Assembly (NCBI GenBank): GCA_027031495.1
Contig: JALVQA010000006.1
Coordinates: 16,952 to 80,951, forward strand
Direction: 5' to 3'
Length of the DNA stretch: 64,000 nt
Source of the DNA: Candidatus Moraniibacteriota bacterium
GTDB taxonomy: Bacteria > Patescibacteriota > Minisyncoccia > Moranbacterales > GCA-2747515
The notes under the pieces were generated by a model that did not search any database, was not told the DNA's origin, and saw nothing but the letters and a program-made list of their open reading frames with translations. This document shows positions 39,059 to 50,854 of this stretch, in pieces. Every line of letters starts with the position of its first letter. Positions within the stretch are counted from its first letter, which is position 1. The position numbers were made by a program, and so were the translations under genes.

Positions 39059-40030
39059 ATGTTTCTAACACTTTTTTGGATTGTTGCCCTTATCTTTTCG
39101 CTGGCACTTCTTGTAAAATCTGCTGATCTCTTCTCTGCTGCTGCCGAAAAAATCGGTCTTGCTTTTGGTCTATCCAGTTTTATCGTTGGCGCTACGATTG
39201 TATCTGTTGGTAGTTCATTGCCGGAAATTGCAACAGCCATCATAACGGTACTTTCAGATGACAGCGCACTGAACGCATTTGCTGTAGATACCATCATAGG
39301 ATCAAATATCGCAAATTGTCTACTTGTTGGAGGTATTTCTGCTATAGCAGTCGGGACGTTAAAAATAAAGGAACAACTTATTGATATTGATCTGCCGTTT
39401 TTCTTCATGTCGAGCGCCATATTCATGCTCTTTATCATGGATGGTTCATTTACATGGCAGGAGGGAATTGTGAGTATTGTATTTCTTGCCATCTTTGTTC
39501 TCTATACAGTTTTTAATAGCGGTAATGATGTTGATGAAGAGGTAAGCAGTACAAAAAAGGATAACAAAGACAAGAAGCGTTTATCATTGATGACGCCCTT
39601 TTTTCTTCTCTGTGTCGGTGCGACTGGCATCTATTTTGGTGCAGATTGGACTATCACATCTGTTAAAGAGGTTGCTGTAATTTTCGGCATTCCTACGTCA
39701 ATTGTTACGATGATTGTTGTGGCAATCGGTACGTCTTTACCGGAACTTATTATTTCTGTGCAGGCAGCGCTTAGAGGAAAGCATTCCATTGCACTTGGCA
39801 ATATTTTCGGCTCCAATACATTTAACGCACTGGCCGTTTCTGGTGTCCCATCGTTCTTTGGTGTACTCACGGTTTCAGATGTGGCAATGAAAGTTGGTAT
39901 GCCACTCTTTGTTGTTTCGACGCTTGCCTTTATTTTTACAACATCGGATGACAAAATTCAAAAATGGGAAGGGTATGCGCTGATTGTATTGTATTGCGTA
40001 TTTGTCGGCAAGTTAGTTGGCTTCTTCTAG
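39059..40030 (+). CDS. Ca2+/cation antiporter, CaCA family (YrbG-like Na+/Ca2+ exchanger)
   Basis: Two alpha-repeat signatures: GATIVSVGSSLPEIATAI and GTSLPELIISVQAALRGKHSIALGNIFGSNTFN. Confidence 0.8.
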   Translation: MFLTLFWIVALIFSLALLVKSADLFSAAAEKIGLAFGLSSFIVGATIVSVGSSLPEIATAIITVLSDDSALNAFAVDTIIGSNIANCLLVGGISAIAVGTLKIKEQLIDIDLPFFFMSSAIFMLFIMDGSFTWQEGIVSIVFLAIFVLYTVFNSGNDVDEEVSSTKKDNKDKKRLSLMTPFFLLCVGATGIYFGADWTITSVKEVAVIFGIPTSIVTMIVVAIGTSLPELIISVQAALRGKHSIALGNIFGSNTFNALAVSGVPSFFGVLTVSDVAMKVGMPLFVVSTLAFIFTTSDDKIQKWEGYALIVLYCVFVGKLVGFF

Positions 40031-40081
40031 ACAAATCAGTCGTTTAGTGACATTATAAACATAAGACAAAAAGAGAAATGT

Positions 40082-40351
40082 ATGCAAAATGATAATAGAA
40101 ATATTTTACAAAAAAAACGTCAACAGTTAGAATATCGTCGGCGCATTGCTATAGTTGATGCTGATCTGCGAAAAATGAAGAGAGAGCGGCAGACACATGC
40201 TATAAACTTGCGTCGTCTCAAGACGAAGCGTGACCAAATTGATGCACAGATTAGAGATGTGGAGCGTGAGATAGAGAAGCTTGATGGTACTATACGCTTA
40301 CTTGCAAATGAACTAAAGACACAAAAGAAGCGTCTTGACCGTATTTCATAA
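40082..40351 (+). CDS. Small coiled-coil hypothetical protein
   Basis: 89 aa, highly charged heptad-like sequence (RRLKTKRDQIDAQIRDVEREIEKLDG). Confidence 0.35.
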   Translation: MQNDNRNILQKKRQQLEYRRRIAIVDADLRKMKRERQTHAINLRRLKTKRDQIDAQIRDVEREIEKLDGTIRLLANELKTQKKRLDRIS

Positions 40352-40362
40352 ATTAGAAACGT

Positions 40363-40599
40363 ATGACAAAGTTTGCTCCAAAGGTTATTAATTACGTAAA
40401 AAAAACATATCCAGGTGTGCTTGGCAGCACAAGTCTTTCAAACTTGAATAGCACGCTCTATCGTTTGCACCGACAAGAAAATGTTACCGTGCGTGATGTC
40501 ATGACGCTTGTTGAGCGCAAGTTTGCGTCGGCTGGAAAGTACTTGTCAATAGCGGAGCGTAAGGCGTTTGAGAAAGAACTTGAAAAAATACTGCGATAG
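40363..40599 (+). CDS. Small hypothetical protein
   Basis: 78 aa, basic. Starts 11 nt after the previous small gene. Confidence 0.35.
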   Translation: MTKFAPKVINYVKKTYPGVLGSTSLSNLNSTLYRLHRQENVTVRDVMTLVERKFASAGKYLSIAERKAFEKELEKILR

Positions 40600-40638
40600 A
40601 AGTTGAGTTGATGTATTATTTCTAGGATAGGAACGTTT

Positions 40639-42537
40639 ATGAATACACACGATATTCGTGCAAGGTATCTTGCATTTTGTAAGAAAAATGGTCATGCACT
40701 CATGCCATCAGCATCGTTGCGACCGGAAAATGATCCAACGACACTCTTTACGAGTAGTGGTATGCAACCGCTTGTGCCGTATCTTATGGGTCAAAAACAC
40801 TCTCTCGGCACACGTCTGGCAAATAGTCAGCGTTGTTTCCGGGCGGAGGATATAGACGATGTTGGTGATAATCGGCACACAACGTTTTTTGAAATGCTCG
40901 GTAATTGGTCGCTGGGTGATTATTTTAAGAAAGAGCAGTTGCCGTGGATTTTCCATTTTCTTGTTGATGAGGTTGGACTTGATCCATCACGACTTTATGT
41001 GACGTGTTTTAGTGGCGACGATACCATGGATATTCCGCGCGACGAGGAGTCTGCGGCTATATGGAAAGGGTTATTTGCTACCAAAGGCATTGACGCACCC
41101 ATTGTAGATATTGGCACAGAAGAAGATGGTGCGCGCAATGGCATGCGCAATGGTCGCATTTTTTACTACACTGCAGCAAAAAACTGGTGGAGTCGCGCCG
41201 GCGTACCGGAGGATATGCCAACGGGCGAAATTGGAGGGCCGGATAGTGAGATTTTTTATGATTTTGGCACGCCACATGATTCCAAGTATGGACAACAGTG
41301 TCATCCAAATTGTGACTGTGGCCGCTTTATGGAGATTGGCAACAGTGTCTTTATAGAGTACATCAAGAATGATGACGGTACATTTGCGCGCCTGTCACAG
41401 CGTAATGTTGATTTTGGAGGCGGATTGGAACGTATTGCGGCAGCATCCATTGATACGCCTGATATCTTTGCGCTTGATATCTTTGCGCCAATGATTGCGG
41501 CGCTTGAGAAGGAAAGTGGCAAAAAGTATACGGATGCATCATATGTGGAGGCATTTCGCGTTATTGCCGACCACGTGCGTGGTAGCGTATTTATGATTGC
41601 TGATGGTATTATGCCGTCAAATAAGGAGCAGGGTTACATTTTGCGTAAACTCTTGCGGCGGGCCGTGCTGTATAGCGATCGTCTTGGTATTACGCGTGGT
41701 CGTCTTGGTATGCTTGCCGAGTACAGCGTGCGCGCTTATGAAGATGTGTTTGATGATGTGCGTAAAAAGCGAGAAGATATTGTTTCCGTTATTTCTGAGG
41801 AAGAGAAAAAGTTTCGGCGTGCGCTTACAAAAGGGTTAAAAGAATTTGAAAAAATTGTGCAGCGTACAGAGAAAGAAATTAGTGGACATGATGCGTTTAT
41901 TCTCTTTACAACATATGGCTTTCCATACGAACTTACCGAAGAACTTGCGAAGGAGCGAGGTTTAACCATTCATCGTAAAGATTTTGAAAAAGAATTCAAG
42001 GAACATCAAAAGCTATCGCAATCTGCAAGTGAGCAAAAGTTCAAAGGTGGTCTTGCTGATCATAGTGCAATTACAACAGCGTTTCACACTGCAACGCACT
42101 TGATGCTTGCCGGTTTGCGCAAAGAGCTTGGTTCGCACGTGCACCAGGCCGGTTCAAATATTACAGCTGAGCGGACGCGTTTTGACTTTACACACCAAGA
42201 AAAAGTGCCGCGTGATGTACTTGATCGTGTTGAGCGCTATGTTAATGATGTGATTGCCGCTGATGCAAAGGTGATTGTTGAGGAGATAGATAAAGATGTT
42301 GCTCGTGCTGATGAGAGTATAGAGGGTAGTTTTTGGCACAAATATCCAGAACGTGTTACTGTCTATACTGTGCGCAGTGACGATGGAACTGTTTGGTCGC
42401 GTGAACTGTGCGGTGGACCACATGTCACACATACGGGAGAGATTGCACGTTATGGACGTTTTGCTATCACAAAGGAAAAATCTTCCAGTGCCGGTGTGCG
42501 TCGTGTAAAGGCTGTTTTTGTGCCGGTGCAAGAATAA
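40639..42537 (+). CDS. alaS: Alanyl-tRNA synthetase with catalytic and editing domains and no C-Ala domain
   Basis: N-terminal AlaRS core (FTSSGMQPLVPYLMG...RCFRAEDID...FFEMLGNWSLGDYFK). Editing domain HTATHLM...CGGPHVTHTGEI (HxxxH / CGGTHV). The 632-aa length leaves no room for the C-Ala domain. Confidence 0.85.
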   Translation: MNTHDIRARYLAFCKKNGHALMPSASLRPENDPTTLFTSSGMQPLVPYLMGQKHSLGTRLANSQRCFRAEDIDDVGDNRHTTFFEMLGNWSLGDYFKKEQLPWIFHFLVDEVGLDPSRLYVTCFSGDDTMDIPRDEESAAIWKGLFATKGIDAPIVDIGTEEDGARNGMRNGRIFYYTAAKNWWSRAGVPEDMPTGEIGGPDSEIFYDFGTPHDSKYGQQCHPNCDCGRFMEIGNSVFIEYIKNDDGTFARLSQRNVDFGGGLERIAAASIDTPDIFALDIFAPMIAALEKESGKKYTDASYVEAFRVIADHVRGSVFMIADGIMPSNKEQGYILRKLLRRAVLYSDRLGITRGRLGMLAEYSVRAYEDVFDDVRKKREDIVSVISEEEKKFRRALTKGLKEFEKIVQRTEKEISGHDAFILFTTYGFPYELTEELAKERGLTIHRKDFEKEFKEHQKLSQSASEQKFKGGLADHSAITTAFHTATHLMLAGLRKELGSHVHQAGSNITAERTRFDFTHQEKVPRDVLDRVERYVNDVIAADAKVIVEEIDKDVARADESIEGSFWHKYPERVTVYTVRSDDGTVWSRELCGGPHVTHTGEIARYGRFAITKEKSSSAGVRRVKAVFVPVQE

Positions 42538-42559
42538 CTGCATTTGTTAAGAAAAATAT

Positions 42560-44083
42560 ATGAGTAAAAAAAGAGAAGCGCAGACGGAAAATACGGGAGT
42601 TGTCAGTGAATACAGAGACCGTTGCGCAAAAGTTGCGCGTTTGCTAGAGATCGGCATTGATCCGTATCCACCAGATGTGCATCGTACGCATACTATAGAG
42701 CAGGCACTTGCACATTTTGAGGCGCTTGCATGCGATGATGTACATGATGATGCATGCGATGATACACATCGCATTACACTTGCTGGGCGTCTGCGTTCAA
42801 AAAGACAGCATGGCAATCTGACATTTGCTGACCTTGAAGATGCAACCGGCACAATACAAGTTGCACTTTCCAAGAAAGACGTCGGCGCTGATGCATATAA
42901 AACCTTTGTTAAATTAGTTGACCAGAGTGATTTTGTAGAGGTTACCGGTACACTGTTTACTACAAAGGTGGGCGTGCGTTCACTTAAAGCGCATACGTGG
43001 CGACTCTTGGCTAAAGCATTACGTAGTGTGCCAACGCAACATTTTGGTCTTGCTGACGAAGAGGAGCGCTTGCGCAAACGCTATCTTGATATTCTTGTTA
43101 ATAAAGATATTGCTGACATGATTCGGAAGCGCTCGCAGTTTTGGCAAACAATCCGCTCTTTTCTTTTGGAGCGTGGCTTTATTGAGGTGGAAACGCCTGT
43201 GCTGGAAAATACGACCGGTGGTGCTGATGCGCGTCCATTTGTGACACATCACAATGCGCTGGATATTGACGTCTATCTACGCATCTCTGCCGGAGAACTG
43301 TGGCAAAAAAAGTTGATGGTTGCCGGCTTGGAGCGTACCTTTGAGATTGGACGCATTTTTCGCAACGAGGGTGTCTCAAAAGAACATTTACAAGATTACA
43401 CGCAAGTGGAGTACTACATGGCATATGCTGATTATCGCGATGGCATGGCAATGACACAAGAGTTGTACAGACGTATTGCGCAGGACGTGTGGGGAACGTT
43501 GCGTTTTGATATTCACGGTCACATAGTTGATTTTAGCAAAGAGCAGTGGAAGGAAATTGATTTTTGCAAAGCGATCAAGGAGCGTTTTGGCATTGACCCA
43601 CTCAACACGACGTCGGATGCTGTACGTGCCGCTCTTGAAGAGTATGCTATTGACTACGAAGAAGATGGTTTTAATGTTTCGCGTGGTGTTGATACGCTAT
43701 GGAAATCTTTGCGCAAGGAAATTGCCGGCCCCGCATTTTTGGTTGGTGTGCCGGTTTATCTTGAGCCGCTCGCAAAGCGCTCTCGGGACAATGCACAAGT
43801 TGTAGAGCGTTTTCAAGTCCTCATTGCCGGCAGTGAGGTTGGCAAAGGTTTCAGTGAACTCAATGATCCGCAAGATCAGCGTGAGCGTTTTTTGGCACAA
43901 CAAGCGCTACGAGATGCTGGTGATGATGAGGCACATATGGCGGATATGGAGTACGTTGAAGCACTGGAGTATGGTATGCCACCAACATTTGGTTTTGGTG
44001 TTTCGGAGCGTCTCTTTGGCTTTTTAATGAATAAGCCATTGCGAGAAACGCAGATTTTTCCGCTGATGCGCCCGAAGGAATAG
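42560..44083 (+). CDS. lysS: Lysyl-tRNA synthetase, class II
   Basis: Anticodon-binding OB region followed by class-II motifs: FIEVETPVLE..GGADARPF (motif 1-2 region), ERTFEIGRIFRNEG (motif 2) and GMPPTFGFGVSERL (motif 3). Confidence 0.9.
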   Translation: MSKKREAQTENTGVVSEYRDRCAKVARLLEIGIDPYPPDVHRTHTIEQALAHFEALACDDVHDDACDDTHRITLAGRLRSKRQHGNLTFADLEDATGTIQVALSKKDVGADAYKTFVKLVDQSDFVEVTGTLFTTKVGVRSLKAHTWRLLAKALRSVPTQHFGLADEEERLRKRYLDILVNKDIADMIRKRSQFWQTIRSFLLERGFIEVETPVLENTTGGADARPFVTHHNALDIDVYLRISAGELWQKKLMVAGLERTFEIGRIFRNEGVSKEHLQDYTQVEYYMAYADYRDGMAMTQELYRRIAQDVWGTLRFDIHGHIVDFSKEQWKEIDFCKAIKERFGIDPLNTTSDAVRAALEEYAIDYEEDGFNVSRGVDTLWKSLRKEIAGPAFLVGVPVYLEPLAKRSRDNAQVVERFQVLIAGSEVGKGFSELNDPQDQRERFLAQQALRDAGDDEAHMADMEYVEALEYGMPPTFGFGVSERLFGFLMNKPLRETQIFPLMRPKE

Positions 44084-44174
44084 TTGAGATGTAAAATTTT
44101 GGGTACACCAAAGTAATAATATATGATATTATACAAAAACATGAAAAAGGTAATTTGAGCTAACAAAAAGCGAT

Positions 44175-44981
44175 ATGATAAAGAAGTTAAGAAAAAGGAA
44201 ACATACAGAAAAGGAGAATGTGAAAGAAGGAAACAAAGAGTATGTAAAAGAAAATGATGCGTGTTCTGAGAAGGAATGCGCGCGCGTAGATACGTGCTGT
44301 TGTACATCAAAACGTGTTGTTGCTTATCGTGATGAGCGGTTTCTCTTTGGTTTTGTAAGTGGTCTTGCGATTGCAGCGATTGCCGGTTTCATTATTCTTT
44401 CAAATACTGTTGCAAATACTGGCACAAAGGAACCGCGCCTGGCGGTAGAAATAACAAAAGAAGATTGGACATACGGCAATCCTGATGCAAAGGTTGCAAT
44501 TGTGGAGTTTTCTGATATAGAGTGTCCATACTGCAAAAGTTTCTATAAGACCCTAAAAGAAATTGTTGATAATTCTGACGGCAAGATTAAATGGGTTTAT
44601 AGACATGCACCACTTGACAGTTTACATCCAAATGCGCGTCTTAAAGCACATGTTATTGAATGTATCGGCGCACAGGGTGGTAATGATACGTTCTGGACAG
44701 CACTTGATGACATCATTTTAAACAAGGTTGAACTTGCAACAATGGACGACTTTGATGCGTTTATAAAGAAACTTGGTGCTGACAACGAGAAGTTCAAGAC
44801 GTGTATGGAGAGTGGTCTCTATGCTGTAAAGATTCAAGAACACCTTGAAGAATCGCAAAAACTCGGTATGAAGGGCACACCTTTCTCCGTGATTGTTGCA
44901 GGAAAGAAGACAGTTCCTATCCCGGGCGCACTGAAGAAAGAGCAGGTCATGTCACTAATTAATCCGTTCCTCAAGAAATAG
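44175..44981 (+). CDS. DsbA/thioredoxin-like thiol:disulfide oxidoreductase with a cytoplasmic Cys-rich N-terminus and one TM
   Basis: FSDIECPYCKSF is a CPYC active site in a DsbA-like fold. Upstream of the TM is CSEKECARVDTCCCTSKR. Confidence 0.65.
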   Translation: MIKKLRKRKHTEKENVKEGNKEYVKENDACSEKECARVDTCCCTSKRVVAYRDERFLFGFVSGLAIAAIAGFIILSNTVANTGTKEPRLAVEITKEDWTYGNPDAKVAIVEFSDIECPYCKSFYKTLKEIVDNSDGKIKWVYRHAPLDSLHPNARLKAHVIECIGAQGGNDTFWTALDDIILNKVELATMDDFDAFIKKLGADNEKFKTCMESGLYAVKIQEHLEESQKLGMKGTPFSVIVAGKKTVPIPGALKKEQVMSLINPFLKK

Positions 44982-44984
44982 GGT

Positions 44985-45548
44985 GTGATGATACGTGTTA
45001 TTGTAGAAACGATACGTACTACTCGTTACGGTCTTGTCAGCTTTGGTGTTGCACTTGTCTTTGCTCTTGTGGTTATTACTATGCCGCAGTGGGCAACGCT
45101 CTCTACAATTTTTGGCATTGACAGTTATAGTTTTAGTGAGAAAGTTGCGGTGGGCACTTCGCTTATTGTGGGCTCGCTAACAGCGCAGCACAGTACGCTT
45201 GATATTTTTGCACTTGCGGTTCTTGCTCTTCTTACTGCTGTTGCGCTTGCTCTTACTTTGCGTGACATGCATGAGCGTATAGCGGTAGGACGTATGACGG
45301 GTCTTGGACTGATTGGCGCATTTATTGGTGCACTCGGCATTGGGTGCAGTGCGTGTGGTGCGGCATTTCTTGCGAGTATTGTTGGTGTCTCTGGTGCTGC
45401 GTGGATTGTGAGCACGTTACCGTTTCATGGCGTGGAACTTACTCTTGGTGGCATTGTTCTTCTTCTCATTGCAATTTACATGCTTGCCAAGAAGCTTCGC
45501 GCGCCACGTACATGTAATACGCGTAAAAGAAAACCAGATAAAATGTAA
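44985..45548 (+). CDS. Small polytopic membrane protein with an intramembrane CxxC (GIGCSACG), candidate redox partner of the upstream DsbA-like protein
   Basis: 187 aa with about 5 TM segments. The only Cys pair, CSAC, lies inside a hydrophobic helix. The gene starts 4 nt after the dsbA-like stop and ends 4 nt before rmlA. It does not look like DsbB or VKOR, which carry additional loop Cys pairs. Confidence 0.45.
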   Translation: MMIRVIVETIRTTRYGLVSFGVALVFALVVITMPQWATLSTIFGIDSYSFSEKVAVGTSLIVGSLTAQHSTLDIFALAVLALLTAVALALTLRDMHERIAVGRMTGLGLIGAFIGALGIGCSACGAAFLASIVGVSGAAWIVSTLPFHGVELTLGGIVLLLIAIYMLAKKLRAPRTCNTRKRKPDKM

Positions 45549-45552
45549 AAAT

Positions 45553-46278
45553 ATGAAAGGTATTATTCTCTCTGGTGGTAGCGGCACACGTCTGCGCCCC
45601 TTAACAAAAATGACATCAAAGCAGCTGTTGCCTGTATACAATCGTCCCATGATTTACTATCCACTCAACACATTGTTGCGTGCCGGTATTACTGATATTC
45701 TTATTATCATTGCACCAGAACATGCTGGTAATTATCTCAATCTTCTCGGATCGGGAAAAGAATTTGGCGCTCGCTTTACGTACGAGATTCAGGATGAACC
45801 GCGTGGGTTGGCGGAAGCGTTTATCATCGGAGAGTCGTTTTTGGATGAAGAGAATGTTGCAATGATTTTGGGCGATAATATCTTTGAGGATGATTTTACG
45901 GAAGATATTAAGAGCTTTCGTAGTGGTGGTCGTATCTTTGCAAAGCAAGTGCCTGATCCGGAGCGCTTTGGTGTTGTGACGTTTGACAAAGAGAATAGAG
46001 TAACTTCTATTGAGGAAAAACCGCAGAATCCACAGAGTAATTATGCAATTCCCGGGCTCTACATTTTTGATGGTCGCGCTGCACAGATTGCGCGATCAGT
46101 GCAGCCAAGTGCACGCGGAGAGTTAGAGATCACAGAAATGCATAATTATTACCTGCAGAGAGGAGAATTGGATGTACGAACATTTGACGGCGCGTGGGTT
46201 GATGCTGGTACATTTGACTCTTTGCTCAATGCGCAATTCTTGGCAAAAGAAAAATTGCAAGATAAGATGATAATTTAG
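45553..46278 (+). CDS. rmlA: Glucose-1-phosphate thymidylyltransferase-like sugar nucleotidyltransferase, short form
   Basis: MKGIILSGGSGTRLRPLT...KQLLPVY is the G1P nucleotidyltransferase signature. The ATG at 45553 avoids overlap with the upstream gene. Substrate specificity is not certain. Confidence 0.75.
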   Translation: MKGIILSGGSGTRLRPLTKMTSKQLLPVYNRPMIYYPLNTLLRAGITDILIIIAPEHAGNYLNLLGSGKEFGARFTYEIQDEPRGLAEAFIIGESFLDEENVAMILGDNIFEDDFTEDIKSFRSGGRIFAKQVPDPERFGVVTFDKENRVTSIEEKPQNPQSNYAIPGLYIFDGRAAQIARSVQPSARGELEITEMHNYYLQRGELDVRTFDGAWVDAGTFDSLLNAQFLAKEKLQDKMII

Positions 46279-46285
46279 AATATTT

Positions 46286-47164
46286 ATGGCACGGAAAATC
46301 AGAAAAGCTATTATGCCGGTTGCCGGTTTTGGGACACGCTTTTTGCCGGCAACAAAAAGTCAGCCAAAGGAAATGTTGCCGGTTGTTGATCGTCCAGTTA
46401 TTCAGTATCTCGTGGAGGAAGCTGTTGCGAGTGGTATTGAAGAAATTGTCTTTGTAACGGGACGCGGCAAACGTGCAATTGAAGACCATTTTGATGTATC
46501 GTACGAACTCGAGGAAACGCTTGTTGAAAAAAATAAACAAGACCTCCTTAAAGAAGTGCAGAAAATTGCGCACCTTGCAAAATTTTCATATGTACGTCAG
46601 TCACTGCCACTTGGTGATGGGCATGCCATTTTGCAAGCGGCGCATCTTGTTGGTGACGAGCCGGTACTTGTTCTTTTTGGTGACTGTATTTACGACAGTA
46701 AAGTGCCGGCAGCAAAACAGATTATTGAAACGTACCATCGGCATAAAGGAAGTATCATCGGTACAGCAACTGTGCCACTGGAAGAAGTCTCGCAATTTGG
46801 CGTTGTAGCAGGGGAGCGTATCGATAAGCGTACTGTCAAGATGACACATATGGTGGAGAAACCGGCACCGGAAGATGCGCCGTCACAATCTGTTGCTGTG
46901 GGGAAGTACATTGTTACACCCGAGATTTTTGCAATTTTAAGCACAATGAAAAGCGGGGCGTCCGGCGAGATTCGTCTTGCTGATGCGTTTGAAATCGCTC
47001 TCAAAAAAGGACATGAAATTTATGCATATGACTTTGATGGTATATGGCTTGATACGGGTGATAAATTTAACTTTTTGCGCGCAACAATTCATCTCGGTCT
47101 AAAACATCCGAAAATTAAGAAAAAGTTGACGGCGTACATAAAGGAGATTGCAAAAAATCTTTAG
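46286..47164 (+). CDS. galU: UTP-glucose-1-phosphate uridylyltransferase
   Basis: KAIMPVAGFGTRFLPATKSQPKEMLPVVDRPVIQY is the GalU signature. 292 aa. Confidence 0.85.
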   Translation: MARKIRKAIMPVAGFGTRFLPATKSQPKEMLPVVDRPVIQYLVEEAVASGIEEIVFVTGRGKRAIEDHFDVSYELEETLVEKNKQDLLKEVQKIAHLAKFSYVRQSLPLGDGHAILQAAHLVGDEPVLVLFGDCIYDSKVPAAKQIIETYHRHKGSIIGTATVPLEEVSQFGVVAGERIDKRTVKMTHMVEKPAPEDAPSQSVAVGKYIVTPEIFAILSTMKSGASGEIRLADAFEIALKKGHEIYAYDFDGIWLDTGDKFNFLRATIHLGLKHPKIKKKLTAYIKEIAKNL

Positions 47165-47184
47165 GCGAGATAATCTTTTGAAAC

Positions 47185-47874
47185 ATGTACTGGGTTGCAC
47201 TTATCTTTTTTGTGGTAGGGGTGCTGATGCCTGAAATTATTCAGCATGATTACTTTGTTTTTCGTGAGGAAGAAGTGGAAATCATGGCACTTATTATTTG
47301 CAACGGCATGCTCTTTTTCGTGTATTTGTGGACTGATCGCGCCCTGCGCGCTCTCCGCGTTAATACGCGTACGGTGCTGCGTGAGGCGCGCACGGTCACA
47401 AAGGATCTTAGTAGTGCCTATAATTACATTGGTGAAATGAATCGCAAAGTTGATATTGTTGAGCATTTTGTTACCGCTGTGGTGTGCGATGACAGCATCA
47501 AGATTGACAACACTAAAGTGTGCACCATGTTAAGTGAAACCGTGCAACAAATTATGCGACGTGGTTCGTGTCATGTTTATTGTATTAATAAAGCGAGCGG
47601 ACACATTATATGCTCACCGCATACATTACGACTAACAAAAACACAATGCGATGCTCTCAAAGTTGGCAATGTGAATGTGCTGCGTGCTGTCATTAGTGAA
47701 AGTGCGAAAAGTGATATGCGTATTATTTACAGCAAACAAACATCATCGCATGCAGTCATTGTCGTTATAGGTGGTATGAAGGAATATCCATCACACAATA
47801 GCGAACTTATAGAGATAGCGGTAGCGGTTGCGCTAAGTGCTTTAAAATGTGATACTATAAAGAGTAAGGCATAG
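47185..47874 (+). CDS. Hypothetical membrane-anchored protein
   Basis: Two N-terminal TM segments followed by a soluble domain of about 170 aa with several Cys. No recognisable motif. Confidence 0.4.
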   Translation: MYWVALIFFVVGVLMPEIIQHDYFVFREEEVEIMALIICNGMLFFVYLWTDRALRALRVNTRTVLREARTVTKDLSSAYNYIGEMNRKVDIVEHFVTAVVCDDSIKIDNTKVCTMLSETVQQIMRRGSCHVYCINKASGHIICSPHTLRLTKTQCDALKVGNVNVLRAVISESAKSDMRIIYSKQTSSHAVIVVIGGMKEYPSHNSELIEIAVAVALSALKCDTIKSKA

Positions 47875-47912
47875 CGTACGAAAAAAATGCTAAATAAATT
47901 AACGAAAAACAT

Positions 47913-48227
47913 ATGACGGAACAAGAACGTACACAGAGTACGCGAGATGATTGGCGTGAAGTTGCTTTTTCGCTGGTGGCGAATGCAATCAGACAATCAA
48001 GTGCAAACATTATCCATACAATCCGTGAGTATATTGATAAGGCGGTACATGCCGTCATCAAAAGTATTGTCATTACATTTCTTATGCTCGTCGGTGCCGT
48101 ATTTGTTCTCATCGGCGCTGCACAGCATGTTGGTACGTTGTTGGGTATGAGTGCATATGGCTACTATGTTGTTGGCGGTGTTGTGCTTATTGTTGCCGGC
48201 TTAATGCACTTTGCACGAAAGGAGTAG
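47913..48227 (+). CDS. Small hypothetical membrane protein
   Basis: 104 aa with two C-terminal TM helices. Confidence 0.35.
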   Translation: MTEQERTQSTRDDWREVAFSLVANAIRQSSANIIHTIREYIDKAVHAVIKSIVITFLMLVGAVFVLIGAAQHVGTLLGMSAYGYYVVGGVVLIVAGLMHFARKE

Positions 48228-48284
48228 TGATGTATAATAAAAGGGAGAGAATAATGTTATTATATTGGTAAAAAGTATACGATT

Positions 48285-48563
48285 ATGGATACAGAAAAAA
48301 AAGTGCAACAAGTTGTGAAAACTGCACAAAAACACGTTGATAAGGCGAAGGCGACTGCTGAAAGGGAGGCGCAAAAAGCTGCAAAAGCTGCAGAGCGTGA
48401 GATGGCGAAAGTGAAGAAGCAGTTGGCGCAGGTTGAGAAAAAGGCACTTGCGTATGTAAAGAGCAATCCACAAAAAGCAGCTGCGATTGCAGCAGGTATC
48501 GGCGCTGCTCTTGGTGCTGTGGCAGCCGCGCTTGTCACAAGTAAAACGAAGAAGAAAAAGTAG
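48285..48563 (+). CDS. Small Lys/Ala-rich coiled-coil protein with a C-terminal TM anchor (ElaB/DUF883-like architecture)
   Basis: KAAKAAERE repeats followed by AAIAAGIGAALGAVAAALV and a KKKK tail. Confidence 0.4.
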   Translation: MDTEKKVQQVVKTAQKHVDKAKATAEREAQKAAKAAEREMAKVKKQLAQVEKKALAYVKSNPQKAAAIAAGIGAALGAVAAALVTSKTKKKK

Positions 48564-48585
48564 TTTTTTCTAAGTCTATAAAAAA

Positions 48586-48612
48586 GGAGCGATGTAATGT
48601 CGCTCTTTTTTG
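48586..48612 (+). terminator. Rho-independent terminator
   Basis: GAGCGA / TCGCTC stem with loop TGTAATG, followed by TTTTTTG. Confidence 0.55.
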
Positions 48613-48690
48613 TGGTGTTCGTGTCATAAGAATGTTATACTCTACTTAAAGAATGAGTTGATGTGTGTACGGCATTGAATTTTACTATAA

Positions 48691-50793
<2,103 letters not shown>

Positions 50794-50854
50794 ATTTGTG
50801 CGCGTGCCTTTTCTTTGGTATGATGAGTGTGTATTATTTATAATAGAAGAAATT

